Shown: positions 19,693 through 29,063 of the stretch, one piece after another | How the letters are laid out: every line of letters starts with the position of its first letter | Position numbering within the stretch: position 1 is the first letter of the stretch | NCBI RefSeq assembly: GCF_013365495.1 | Contig: NZ_CP046580.1 | Location: 810,001-842,000, forward strand | Reading direction: 5' to 3' | DNA from: Candidatus Saccharimonadota bacterium | GTDB taxonomy: Bacteria; Pseudomonadota; Alphaproteobacteria; Rickettsiales; Anaplasmataceae | DNA: 32,000 nt | Translations under genes and position numbers: made by a program | Notes under the pieces: generated by a model | The model's database searches: none | The model's input: only the letters and a program-made list of their open reading frames with translations | Told to the model about the DNA's origin: nothing

Positions 19693-20693
19693 CTCTTTAA
19701 ATTAATGCTTCATATTAAAATTAACTAAATAAATTATAGCAACAATCTACTCAATACTAACAACAACAGTATGAAAAAAATCAGAGACGCATTAATAAAA
19801 CGTAACTCAAAGGAAATAATTTAAAAAACACTTCTCTAATCAGTCTTTTCATCATATTAGCTATCCAGTTTAATCTATATTAGTATAAAACAATTACTAA
19901 GGTAATTTACCACAATAAATTGGATTAAAAGCATGCTAAATTTAACAAATAAAAAATTAATAAAGAAATTTTTAATTATGCATAAAGAAATAATAAAATT
20001 AATTTATTCAACAGACATATTTTAACAATATCAATACAAAATAGCATGCTTTAATTACGAATTTAAGCAATATATTTTTTTAAACTAGCAATAAGTTGAT
20101 ATTATAATCAGAAACATAGTAGCTATTTAGAATTATAATTTACTTGATCTCCTTTTTGATTTTAATCTCTCGCACAATCAATGAAGTTTATACATTATTA
20201 ATCTCCCTGGTAAAATTGGCAACAAATTATTATTTATAGACCTATATTATAGATACAAAAAATTTAAAATCACTATAAAACAGATGTAATTAATAATTAT
20301 TTAATTTATTATAATCTCTTCTTTTTTAAGATAAAAACTAAAGTTATAACAAAATTATAAAAGAGCATTCTCAAAACATAAGATAAAGGCATGCCTAAAA
20401 AGACTCTTAAAAAAGAGCAAAACAACCTATAATATAAAACTTTATAATTGAACCTAAAAATAATAATAAACTTAAATTAAATACTAATTATAATATACCA
20501 TATTTCATAAATAAAAATCATAACTGTACAAAAACTTCATTTAAGTCTACTGAAACAATACAACTCTAAACACTAACATTTATTTTTATAAAAACGTAGT
20601 AAATTTATACCTTAGATAAAGTATATAACATAATACTAATATTACTTTATAAATATATCCTTTATAACTTTTTCTGCCATAAACTCAATATAG

Positions 20694-20752
20694 AAAACCT
20701 TACTTTAATAAAAAAGGACAAGTAGAAACTATTATACAATTAGATCTAATAT
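20694..20752 (+). repeat. dispersed short repeat, copy A (partner 30334..30362) carrying a 29-nt insertion
   Basis: aaaaccttactttaataaa (19 nt, 20694..20712) and agatctaatat (20742..20752) are both present at the partner locus, where they overlap by one base instead of being 29 nt apart. Confidence 0.6.
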
Positions 20753-20840
20753 TGAGCTCAATAAACTATCCATTATAATACTTTATAAAAAGCACTAAAA
20801 GAAAGAGCAGAATAAATCTTAGGCCAGTTAAGTTAATAGC

Positions 20841-20869
20841 ATTGACGCTTTAAAAAGCTAAAGCGCAAT
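20841..20869. other. stem-loop, 11 bp with one bulge (attg-a-cgcttta / taaagcg-caat), 6-nt loop
   Basis: Inverted repeat read directly. It is one of the most G+C-containing structures I saw in the 1.5-kb era/prs spacer, about 370 bp upstream of prs. No U-tract follows. Confidence 0.45.
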
Positions 20870-21236
20870 TTAGTAAAAAATATAAAACTCCATTCCACTT
20901 AGATAGTAAAAAACAAACAAAAAACTTAGTAAAATAACTTCACTTTCAACTATACAAAACGAGTTTTAATATTAATTTTTTTTATACTTTTTACAGTTTA
21001 TAAAAAAACAAGTTTTATATTAATATACTAAAACATACATACAAAAAAAACTTAACATAAAATGTCAATTATACAGTAGTTACTCACTGAATCGGCATAA
21101 ATTTAAAGTAACTAAAAATTTTCACTATAAATAAAATGAGAGTTTAAATAAATTTACCAAGAAAATTGCGTTAATCCATATTTCTATTATCTTAGAACTT
21201 CTGTATACTATTATAAAATAAGTTTATAGATAGATC

Positions 21237-22163
21237 ATGAAAATAATAATAGGCAGCTCTGCTAAAGAATTAGGAAAATCCATAGCCAATAAACTAAATG
21301 TTAAACCATTGCTTACTCAAGTATCAAAGTTTGCAGATGGTGAAATAAATGTATACGTAAAAAACGATGTCTATAACCAAGATATATATATAATACAATC
21401 AATTTCTCCTCCAGTAAACGATAATCTTATGGAGCTTTTGCTTACAATTGATACAGTAAAAAGATTAAGAGCTAAAAAAATAACAACAATTATTCCTTAT
21501 TATGGATATAGCAGACAAGATAGAATTATTAAAAATAATAATATGCAATCCGCTTTAAGTGCTAAACTGGTAACAAATCTTATTAAAACTGCAGGTACAA
21601 ATAGTGTTGCAGTGATTGATATTCATTCAGATCAAATTGAGGGTTTTTTTGATGTACCAATAACTAACCTGAACTGCTTTGAAATATTTGTTGAATCCAT
21701 ATATACAGAAAACTTAGCAATAGTTGCACCTGATATTGGAGCGATTGGTAGAGCACGTACTTTTGCGAAAATTTTAGAAAAAAAACATGAGATAAGATTT
21801 AATAATGAAATTATTATAATAGATAAATATAGAGAAAAAGCAGGTATATCTCAAGTAATGAACATAATAGGAAAAGTAACAAATAAAAATTGTGTTATTG
21901 TTGACGATATAGTTGATTCTGGTGGAACACTATGTAGTACAGCTCATGCTTTAAAAAGTCATGGGGCAATATCTGTAGTCTCATGCATAACACATAGTGT
22001 CCTTTCAGGAAACGCAGTTGAAAAAATTTCTTCCTCCTCTCTAGATAAACTAATAACTACAGACAGTATACTTCACAAACTAAAAAAAACTAGTAAAATA
22101 GAAGTTATTTCAATAGCGAATATTTTAACCAATTTTATTAGAGGAAATCAAGATGTCGATTAG
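21237..22163 (+). CDS. prs: ribose-phosphate pyrophosphokinase
   Basis: 308-aa ORF. It contains PYYGYSRQDR and the PRPP-binding loop VIVDDIVDSGGTL. Confidence 0.93.
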   Translation: MKIIIGSSAKELGKSIANKLNVKPLLTQVSKFADGEINVYVKNDVYNQDIYIIQSISPPVNDNLMELLLTIDTVKRLRAKKITTIIPYYGYSRQDRIIKNNNMQSALSAKLVTNLIKTAGTNSVAVIDIHSDQIEGFFDVPITNLNCFEIFVESIYTENLAIVAPDIGAIGRARTFAKILEKKHEIRFNNEIIIIDKYREKAGISQVMNIIGKVTNKNCVIVDDIVDSGGTLCSTAHALKSHGAISVVSCITHSVLSGNAVEKISSSSLDKLITTDSILHKLKKTSKIEVISIANILTNFIRGNQDVD

Positions 22164-22506
22164 ATCCACAGAAGATATAATCACTTCACTAATAGAATTT
22201 GCAAACAAGAGAAAAGTAACAATTACTAAAAAAGAAATGCTTAAAATTGCACAACTTGTAAGAATCAAGTTATCAAACGATGAAACTGAGCATTACTCTA
22301 AAGAATTAACAATGCTAGATTGGATACATGATACTTTGTTACAAGTCAATACTGAAGGTATCTCTCCTGTACGTTATGGTACTATAGATAAAAACATTCA
22401 CTTACACAATAATGTTACCAATTCCAAAAGTATGAAAGAAGAAATACTATCCAATACAAAATCTGAACATGGATATTTTGTAGTACCAAAAGCTATAAAC
22501 AACTAA
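22153..22506 (+). CDS. gatC: Asp/Glu-tRNA(Asn/Gln) amidotransferase subunit C
   Basis: 117-aa ORF. ITKKEMLKIAQLVRIKLSNDE matches the GatC N-terminal helix pattern and the C-terminus has GYFVVPKAI. It overlaps the prs 3' end by 11 nt. No gatA or gatB follows. Confidence 0.8.
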   Translation: MSIRSTEDIITSLIEFANKRKVTITKKEMLKIAQLVRIKLSNDETEHYSKELTMLDWIHDTLLQVNTEGISPVRYGTIDKNIHLHNNVTNSKSMKEEILSNTKSEHGYFVVPKAINN

Positions 22507-22695
22507 AATAAAACAAGACTTCTTAAAAAAAATATCAATATTAAATATTATTAATACGTAGCTTTAAGTATAAATTTATCACGAAAATACAAACCAATTC
22601 TAAAAACATAGAGTTGTTTATTGCATAATTAAGAAGTTTATGACTTCGTTTGAATATTTGATATAATAATAAAATTATAAGTCATTAAAGTCAAT

Positions 22696-23922
22696 ATGAA
22701 TGAAATAATAACATTTGGTTGTCGTCTAAATTTTTATGAAAGTGAACTGATCAAAGAAGCACTAAAAAAAGCAAGAAGAAAAAATATCATTGTGATACAC
22801 AGCTGTGCAGTAACAAACGAAGCAGAACGTCAAGTAAAACAAAAAATACGTAAGATTCATAAAAATGATCCAAATAAAGAGATTATCGTAGTTGGCTGTG
22901 CTGTTCAATTAGATCCTAAATCATATAGTAACATCCCTGGCGTAAGTAAAGTATTAAATAATCAAGACAAGCTAAAAGCTACAAATTATTTGCTAAATGA
23001 TAATAAAATATTAGCCAGTGATAACCAAGAAAGTAGTTCCTTAATTAATAAATTTGAAAACAAGTCAAGAGCATTTATTAAAATTCAAAATGGCTGTAAC
23101 CATGATTGTACATTCTGCTCAATTACTAAAGCAAGAGGTAATAACAAATCTGTACCAATAAAGAGTATTATTGAACAAATAAGGATTTTCATAGCAAATA
23201 ATTATCAAGAAGTAGTACTTACAGGAGTTGATATTAGTGATTTTGGTACAGACTTATTTGGAAAACCTTCACTTGGTTCAATGATCAAAAAAGTTTTAAA
23301 AGACGTTCCAGAACTGAAGAGACTTAGACTTTCCTCTATTGACATTGCCGAAATTGATAACGAATTAATGGATCTAATAGTCAACGAATCAAGATTTATG
23401 CCATATCTACACTTAAGTTTACAATCTGGCAATAATTTAATCCTAAAAAGAATGAAACGCCGTCATAACAAAGAACAAGTAATAGAATTTTGTCATAAAG
23501 TAAAAAACTTAAGACCTGATATAGCATATGGTGCTGATATTATTACTGGATTTCCAACAGAAACTGATGAAATGTTTCAGGATACAGTTAATCTCCTAAA
23601 AGAAGCAAACATAGTTTACCTACATGCTTTCCCATACTCAAAGCAAAAGGACACACCTGCAGCACGAATGCCACAAGTACCAGAAAATATACGTAAAGAA
23701 AGGGCAAAAAAGCTAAGAAAAATAAATGAAGAAATGATGATCAACTTTTATCAATCTCTGATAGGTACTAAACAAAATGTTCTGGTTGAAAAAAATAATA
23801 TTGGCAAAGCAGAAAATTTTGCATCAGTAAAGCTTTTATCAAAGGCTGAAAGAAAAAACATTGTAAAAGCTAATATTATAGGAATGGAAAGAAATTATTT
23901 AATTGGAAGTATTCTTTCTTAA
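22696..23922 (+). CDS. mtaB: MiaB-like radical SAM methylthiotransferase, MtaB type
   Basis: 408-aa ORF. The N-terminus ITFGCRLNFYESE and the radical-SAM motif CNHDCTFCS are present. It is a paralogue of the miaB at 3488..4822. Confidence 0.82.
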   Translation: MNEIITFGCRLNFYESELIKEALKKARRKNIIVIHSCAVTNEAERQVKQKIRKIHKNDPNKEIIVVGCAVQLDPKSYSNIPGVSKVLNNQDKLKATNYLLNDNKILASDNQESSSLINKFENKSRAFIKIQNGCNHDCTFCSITKARGNNKSVPIKSIIEQIRIFIANNYQEVVLTGVDISDFGTDLFGKPSLGSMIKKVLKDVPELKRLRLSSIDIAEIDNELMDLIVNESRFMPYLHLSLQSGNNLILKRMKRRHNKEQVIEFCHKVKNLRPDIAYGADIITGFPTETDEMFQDTVNLLKEANIVYLHAFPYSKQKDTPAARMPQVPENIRKERAKKLRKINEEMMINFYQSLIGTKQNVLVEKNNIGKAENFASVKLLSKAERKNIVKANIIGMERNYLIGSILS

Positions 23923-23938
23923 TTTTCATAAAAATGAA

Positions 23939-24784
23939 ATGCATATAACATTACAAATTACAAATTTATTCGTGACTAAAAAATCTGTTGTTTTTAATGT
24001 ATTACTAATCTTATGCACCATTTTTTTTTCTGTCCAAGCTGATCATTATCCAGATAATAAACAGTTCATAGATAACTTAATATTTACAAAAGCATCTGCA
24101 CATCATGAATCTAAAAAAAAAATTAATAAAAAAGAATCTATGTCAGCTAAAGATAGAAAACTTAATTTTTATATCAGTGCTAACCTTGGTAAGGTATACT
24201 CAGATAATTCAAAACTATTTATAAATGGCATAAAAGCAATTAGAGAAAGAGTATCTACCTTAGTTAAAAAAAACCGCTATGATTCTATAATAAAAAATAT
24301 AGTTGCAGATGAAATCAAAAGCGTAAGAAAATTTAATGGCGAAATTAATTTTCATTGGCTCAACAGCATATCTTTAGGTTGCTATACAAGCAAAAACTGC
24401 CGAGTTGCTTTTGAAGCTACGTGCTCTAAGATTGATATCAAAAATGATCACTCTTCTTCAGTATTTGACAGATCAGCTAATATATTTGCATTTTTGTTTA
24501 ATATTTATTACAGCCCAAATATTCAAGATATACAAATTACTCCATATATTGCCCTTGGCATAGGATCAGCAGTTTTTAAATTAAAAAAAATTAATGAATT
24601 ATCACAAAACTTAATGCCACTAAACATTCCTTGGTTCGCTTATCAAATAAAATTTGGTGTTGACTACCTAATAATTCCAGGAATAAAACCTTCATTTGGT
24701 TACCGTTACTTCAGTACTTCAATACCTATTGCAGAGAACATATCAACTCATAGTATCGAGATCGGTTTAACATTAAACTTCTAA
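23939..24784 (+). CDS. OMP-1/MSP2/P44-superfamily (Surface_Ag_2-like) outer-membrane beta-barrel protein
   Basis: I take the start as the ATG at 23939. The signal peptide is MHITLQITNLFVTKKSVVFNVLLILCTIFFSVQA|DH. NFYISANLG resembles the family FYISGKY motif. The C-terminus HSIEIGLTLNF resembles the P28/OMP-1 C-terminus HFGIELGGRFAF, and the terminal Phe is typical of beta-barrel OMPs. The family call rests on remembered motifs, not on a search. Confidence 0.7.
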   Translation: MHITLQITNLFVTKKSVVFNVLLILCTIFFSVQADHYPDNKQFIDNLIFTKASAHHESKKKINKKESMSAKDRKLNFYISANLGKVYSDNSKLFINGIKAIRERVSTLVKKNRYDSIIKNIVADEIKSVRKFNGEINFHWLNSISLGCYTSKNCRVAFEATCSKIDIKNDHSSSVFDRSANIFAFLFNIYYSPNIQDIQITPYIALGIGSAVFKLKKINELSQNLMPLNIPWFAYQIKFGVDYLIIPGIKPSFGYRYFSTSIPIAENISTHSIEIGLTLNF

Positions 24785-24843
24785 TCTAAAGACTCTATAT
24801 ATATCCTCACCCTTCTTAATTAGAAACAAAACAGTCGGTAATT

Positions 24844-24869
24844 ACTGTTCTAAACAGTTGTTTGTTTTC
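24844..24869 (+). terminator. weak candidate intrinsic terminator downstream of the OMP gene
   Basis: The stem is actgtt (24844..24849) / aacagt (24853..24858) with a 3-nt loop, followed by tgtttgttttc. An upstream aacagt (24830..24835) can pair with the same actgtt, giving an alternative hairpin. Confidence 0.25.
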
Positions 24870-25162
24870 AATATTACTCCAGCTTCCTCGTACTTTATAA
24901 TATAATAAAAAACTTTATCATTTCCTTATATCCTATCAATTTATTCATTAACTAACTTAAGACCTCTTAACATAAAATCAATTATGATTCAATAATTAAA
25001 ATACCACTATTCAATCTTGCCTTACTCTATTCTATATTCACTATACCCTACATTTAGATTTTTTAATGTAACCACTAATTTTTTTTTACAAAACTGAAAT
25101 AATATCCACAAATTTTTATAGCAAAAATATTATACCAAAAATTATCAACCAATAATATTACT

Positions 25163-25181
25163 GCACTCTGTTTCAGAGTGC
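25163..25181. other. strongest local stem-loop: gcactctg-ttt-cagagtgc (8-bp stem)
   Basis: A perfect inverted repeat read directly, lying in the convergent OMP/czcD spacer. It is 380 bp from the OMP stop and about 820 bp from the czcD stop. No canonical U-run follows on either strand. Confidence 0.5.
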
Positions 25182-25998
25182 TGACATAATTAAAATTATT
25201 ATCCTCTATACATCAGAAAATAAATTTAATTTTCAATAAAAACAGTCATTGCTGATGATTATTAATAATATATACTCCAAAAACTTTAAACAGTAAAAGT
25301 ATAAACTTACTACTTTCATTAAATTTTTTAGTTAATTAAAGAAAAATTTATTATTAAATGAATACAAAAAGACATTGCCCAACAAATAATAACCCAACTA
25401 TTTCACTCTCATATTATCTCACTCCTACAAAATACAATTGCTAACTATAAGTATTTTTAAAACTCTATAAAAACTAATTTCTTGGTTAACTATTCTTCCA
25501 TTACTTAGATAATAAATTTAACATCATCACTTTATTTCAAAATTATTTCATTTTTAACTTTTAAATAATATACTCACTATTTTCTTATTTACGTTTAAAC
25601 TAGTTTTTAAAAACTTTTCTATTTTGACATTAAACTCCTTACTAATAATTTTTGCATATATTAATAAAGTAAGTTTTTGCTTACAAAAGACTATGAACTT
25701 ATGAGAAAAGACAAGATTTTCGTGCTTCACCATTCTGAATAGATATTTTTCATGTAACCTTTATTAAAAACTTACTTACCTCAAATTGTAACAATCTTCA
25801 TAATTTACTCATATAAACATACCCCATACCCTCCTAAAAAAAAGAACACATAAAAAACAATAATATTCAAAGAAAATAAACCTCAAAACCATTTAAAAAG
25901 ATCCTAATTATTGATTTACCTTTAATGTTTTAAAAATCTTTATTGAAATAGTGTTAGTCTCCATTTGCTCAAATTTATAGTCACTAACTATTATAAAA

Positions 25999-26895
25999 CT
26001 ATATCTTCAATATCTTATCATCCACACATTCATCGTATTCAATTTCAACTGTAGAATGAGCAATTTTAAACTCATTTAATAATATTTTCTTTATCTCATA
26101 TAAAATACCAGTATGTTGTGCATCTTGCCTCACCTTAGCATGCATAGTAATTATAAAATAATTATCAGACAGTGACCATGCATGTATATGATGTATATCA
26201 ATAACTTCAGGTAGCTTAGATATTATCCTACTCTTTATCCCTTCAGCTGATACCCCTTCAGGAGTACCTTCAAGAAGAATATGACAAGAACTTTTAAGAA
26301 TTTTATAGCCGCTGCTTAGAATTACTATGCTAACAAATACTGATAAAACAGGATCCACTACTTGCCATCCAGTTAGCATGATAATTATAGATGCAAATAT
26401 AGCAGCTATAGAACCTAAAATATCCCCTATAACATGCAACACAGCGCTTTTTATATTTATATTACTTTCACATTTACTATGCAATATAAAAAAAACTACA
26501 ACATTAGCAATTAGTCCAAATGTAGCAATAATTAACATTATTTTCCATTCAATATCGACTGGAAAAATAAATCTTCTTATTGACTCAACTATAATAATCA
26601 CAGAAATAAAAAATAAAGTCAAACCATTAACAAACGCTGCAATTATTTGCAATCTATGATATCCGTATGATCTCTGTAGATCAGACTTCTTAGCTGAAAA
26701 TTTATGTGCTATCCAACTTAATACTAAAGCAAAAAGATCAATAAGCATATGACCTGCATCCGACAATAGAGCAAGTGAATGCGAAATTATTCCACCTACT
26801 ATTTCCATAAACATTGTAATTGCAACTATTATTATAGAATGAATTAAACGCTTGGACTCTGCTGCTGAATGTTTGCCGTTATGTACTGCTATCAT
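25999..26895 (-). CDS. czcD: cation diffusion facilitator family divalent-metal efflux transporter
   Basis: 298-aa ORF with six hydrophobic helices. CDF signatures are HSLALLSDAGHMLIDL and HVIGDILGS, and the C-terminal cytoplasmic domain contains IHHIHAWS. GAAAGG lies 5 nt upstream of the ATG. Confidence 0.88.
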   Translation of the reverse strand: MIAVHNGKHSAAESKRLIHSIIIVAITMFMEIVGGIISHSLALLSDAGHMLIDLFALVLSWIAHKFSAKKSDLQRSYGYHRLQIIAAFVNGLTLFFISVIIIVESIRRFIFPVDIEWKIMLIIATFGLIANVVVFFILHSKCESNINIKSAVLHVIGDILGSIAAIFASIIIMLTGWQVVDPVLSVFVSIVILSSGYKILKSSCHILLEGTPEGVSAEGIKSRIISKLPEVIDIHHIHAWSLSDNYFIITMHAKVRQDAQHTGILYEIKKILLNEFKIAHSTVEIEYDECVDDKILKI

Positions 26896-26921
26896 ACAAA
26901 CCTTTCATGGATAGAAAAAAG

Positions 26922-26994
26922 TGGGTAACACTGGGCTCGAACCAATGACCTCTTGCACGTCAAGCAAGTGCTCCACCAACTGAGCTAGTTACCC
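26922..26994 (-). tRNA. tRNA-Val (anticodon GAC), 73 nt, CCA not encoded
   Basis: Hand-folded cloverleaf from GGGTAACTAGCTCAGTTGGTGGAGCACTTGCTTGACGTGCAAGAGGTCATTGGTTCGAGCCCAGTGTTACCCA. Acceptor stem GGGTAAC/GTTACCC, D stem GCTC/GAGC, anticodon stem CTTGC/GCAAG with loop TTGACGT, T stem ATTGG/CCAGT with loop TTCGAGC. Confidence 0.93.
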
Positions 26995-27005
26995 ATTATG
27001 GCTTT

Positions 27006-27035
27006 AGTATACTTTCTCAGTAGAATTAAAGTCAA
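27006..27035 (-). promoter_or_regulatory. candidate sigma70-type promoter for tRNA-Val (and possibly czcD): TTGACT-N18-TATACT
   Basis: On the minus strand, the -35 TTGACT is at 27035..27030 and the -10 TATACT at 27011..27006. The -10 ends 11 nt before the mature tRNA 5' end, implying a 4-5-nt leader. Confidence 0.45.
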
Positions 27036-29063
27036 TTTACTTTTAAAGTATATATTTATCACTTTATCTAATATAATCTAAAAAAACAATATATAGAATC
27101 TCAGCTATATTCTGTAACTTAATATATCAAATTCATCTTTCATATTTTTATTCAAATTAGAATTTAAAATATATTAAAATATATAAAATAAAAAAACAAA
27201 ATATTAATCACACACTAAAAATACAATAGTTGAGCAAAATTATATGAAAAGTAAATTACAAACAATAGGAACCATAGCAAACAATTACTAACCTAATAAA
27301 AATAAAGATCACAAATGATCATGCTTCTCAAAACAATTTATGAAAAATAAGTTCAAGTAATCTTTTAATAAAGCAGTCTAATCACTATATTAAAGTATAT
27401 CTCTTGACAAAATAAAAAAAACTTTACTATTAGAAAATAAATAACTTTTATAAAAGGAAAATATTTTTTTTATAAAAATGATAAACTGACTTGATATCAA
27501 AAATACATAAAAAACATTATAAAAATATAAAATACATTCAGTAAGAACTATAATCATGATATATAATTGATGAAATTATATATGACAACTATACATAAAA
27601 CAAGGTTTATCAATTACTCAATAAGTGATCAAGGTAAATATATAGACTCTAATATATTATAAATTCATATATATAAAATTTATTACGTCATATACTAAAT
27701 CAGGTTCAAAAAGGTTAAACTGAAAACAAACAAGAAAAATTTAGTATATTTAAAGATAAAATTAGGAATTATTAGAAATAACTTCTCAAAAAAAATAACC
27801 ATTATCTAATAAATTAAAAAATTTATAGTTATAAAATTAATAACATATTATACAAAAAACTTCTAAAGAATAGCTGACTAGCATAAAGTAATAATAAAAT
27901 TTAAGAAATTTATATAAAATATAATATTTAAATAAAAAGTAAGTTAAAAAAGATTAAGAGATCAAAAAAAAGAGCAGTAAATATTCTCAACAAGAAATAA
28001 TATTAATATTTCAAAGTAAACAAATTTAATAATCACTGAAGTCAATACTTAAATCGCGACTTAATCAACAATAATTTTAAAATAAAAATTTTTAAAGATC
28101 TACTAATCAAAATAACAATACTATTATCATAATAAAAATCTTCTCAAAGTGTTAAAAAATATTAATCTCAATGAAATTTCTCAAATCAAAAAAGATAATA
28201 ATTCATTCCTATCACATGGAAACATTACACTTCAAACTCTTTTTTTTACTTAAAAATTTAAAAAAAACTAAAATATTTAATAGTAGTCATGATATTATAT
28301 ACCAAATAACAGTATTATATTATCCCTAATACAACCATATTAGTATATGTATTCCTAATGGTGAAAATAATGGCTATACCGTGCAAAGATCAATTATCAT
28401 GATTACAACCATATCATCAAACATAAATTTATTTATATGTCAACATTTTCTTAATTTCATACTAATCTAAATAAAACCTTAATAAAATATTTAACAAAAC
28501 ATGTTTTTTAATTCATAAATAATGAGAAATGCAATTTTATAAAACTAATTAACAACAAGTATAAAAATCTCACTTTAAAAAAACAGTAAAAAACGTATTG
28601 CATTATCAAATGTACAGCAGTTATCGTACATTTTGAAAAAAATTATTAAAATTAAAATATTAACAATTTATTCATACAGTAGCGGAATATAGAAAAATTC
28701 TAAGTGCCATTTTCTTTCAAAAACAATAACGCAAAAACACCCTATCACAATGCTAAGTAAAATTACTAAATCTAATTACACTAAATCGAGAAAAAACATA
28801 GCCGATGAAAAAGATGAAGTAAAATCTAATACCTTTCACACTTTCGAAACAAAATAAGTTTAAATAAAGTTAAACTTACTTTTCTAGTAATCCTATTTAT
28901 AATTTTAACATCATCTCAAAAATCAAGGTTCATAAACAAAATAAAGAGCAATAACAAAAATGTGAAGACATCAATACCAAAAATAGATAAAAGCTCTAAG
29001 CAATTAAAAAAAACAACGTAAGACCAATATTACAATAAATTTTAATAACATAAAAACTTATCT

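Noticed and set aside
23903-23938. TTG-initiated extension of the OMP ORF overlapping the mtaB 3' end
   Set aside because: The ATG at 23939 yields a proper n-region, hydrophobic core and SVQA cleavage site. The extension adds no signal-peptide logic.
25102-25110. DnaA-box-like atatccaca (one mismatch to TTATCCACA); similar partial boxes near 7577 and 14811
   Set aside because: These are single, dispersed, imperfect matches with no cluster and no adjacent AT-rich repeat array or dnaA/hemE-type neighbours. This is insufficient for an origin call.
25624-25636. 13-mer ttgacattaaact shared with the era promoter candidate (18768..18780)
   Set aside because: By rough estimate, dozens of chance 13-mer matches are expected in 32 kb at this composition. 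No acceptable -10 follows at 25624, and no + strand gene lies downstream.
27326-28185. Local cluster of ttctcaa(a) words (about 27326, 27783, 27985, 28141, 28177)
   Set aside because: Window-wide, the 7-mer occurs at about the frequency expected from composition. The flanks do not align, so I treat it as low-complexity coincidence.
28608-28633. Hairpin aaatgtac-N10-gtacattt followed by a short T run
   Set aside because: The stem is AT-rich and weak, with a 10-nt loop, and no gene end lies nearby. It is not distinguishable from the background palindromes of AT-rich sequence.
28750-28857. 35-codon ORF (MLSKITKSNYTKSRKNIADEKDEVKSNTFHTFETK) in the tRNA/pyrB spacer
   Set aside because: It has no Shine-Dalgarno and no recognisable motif, and this length is expected by chance. 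Other mini-ORFs were rejected for the same reasons: 12 codons at 15066, 21 codons at about 30094 and 10 codons at about 28370.
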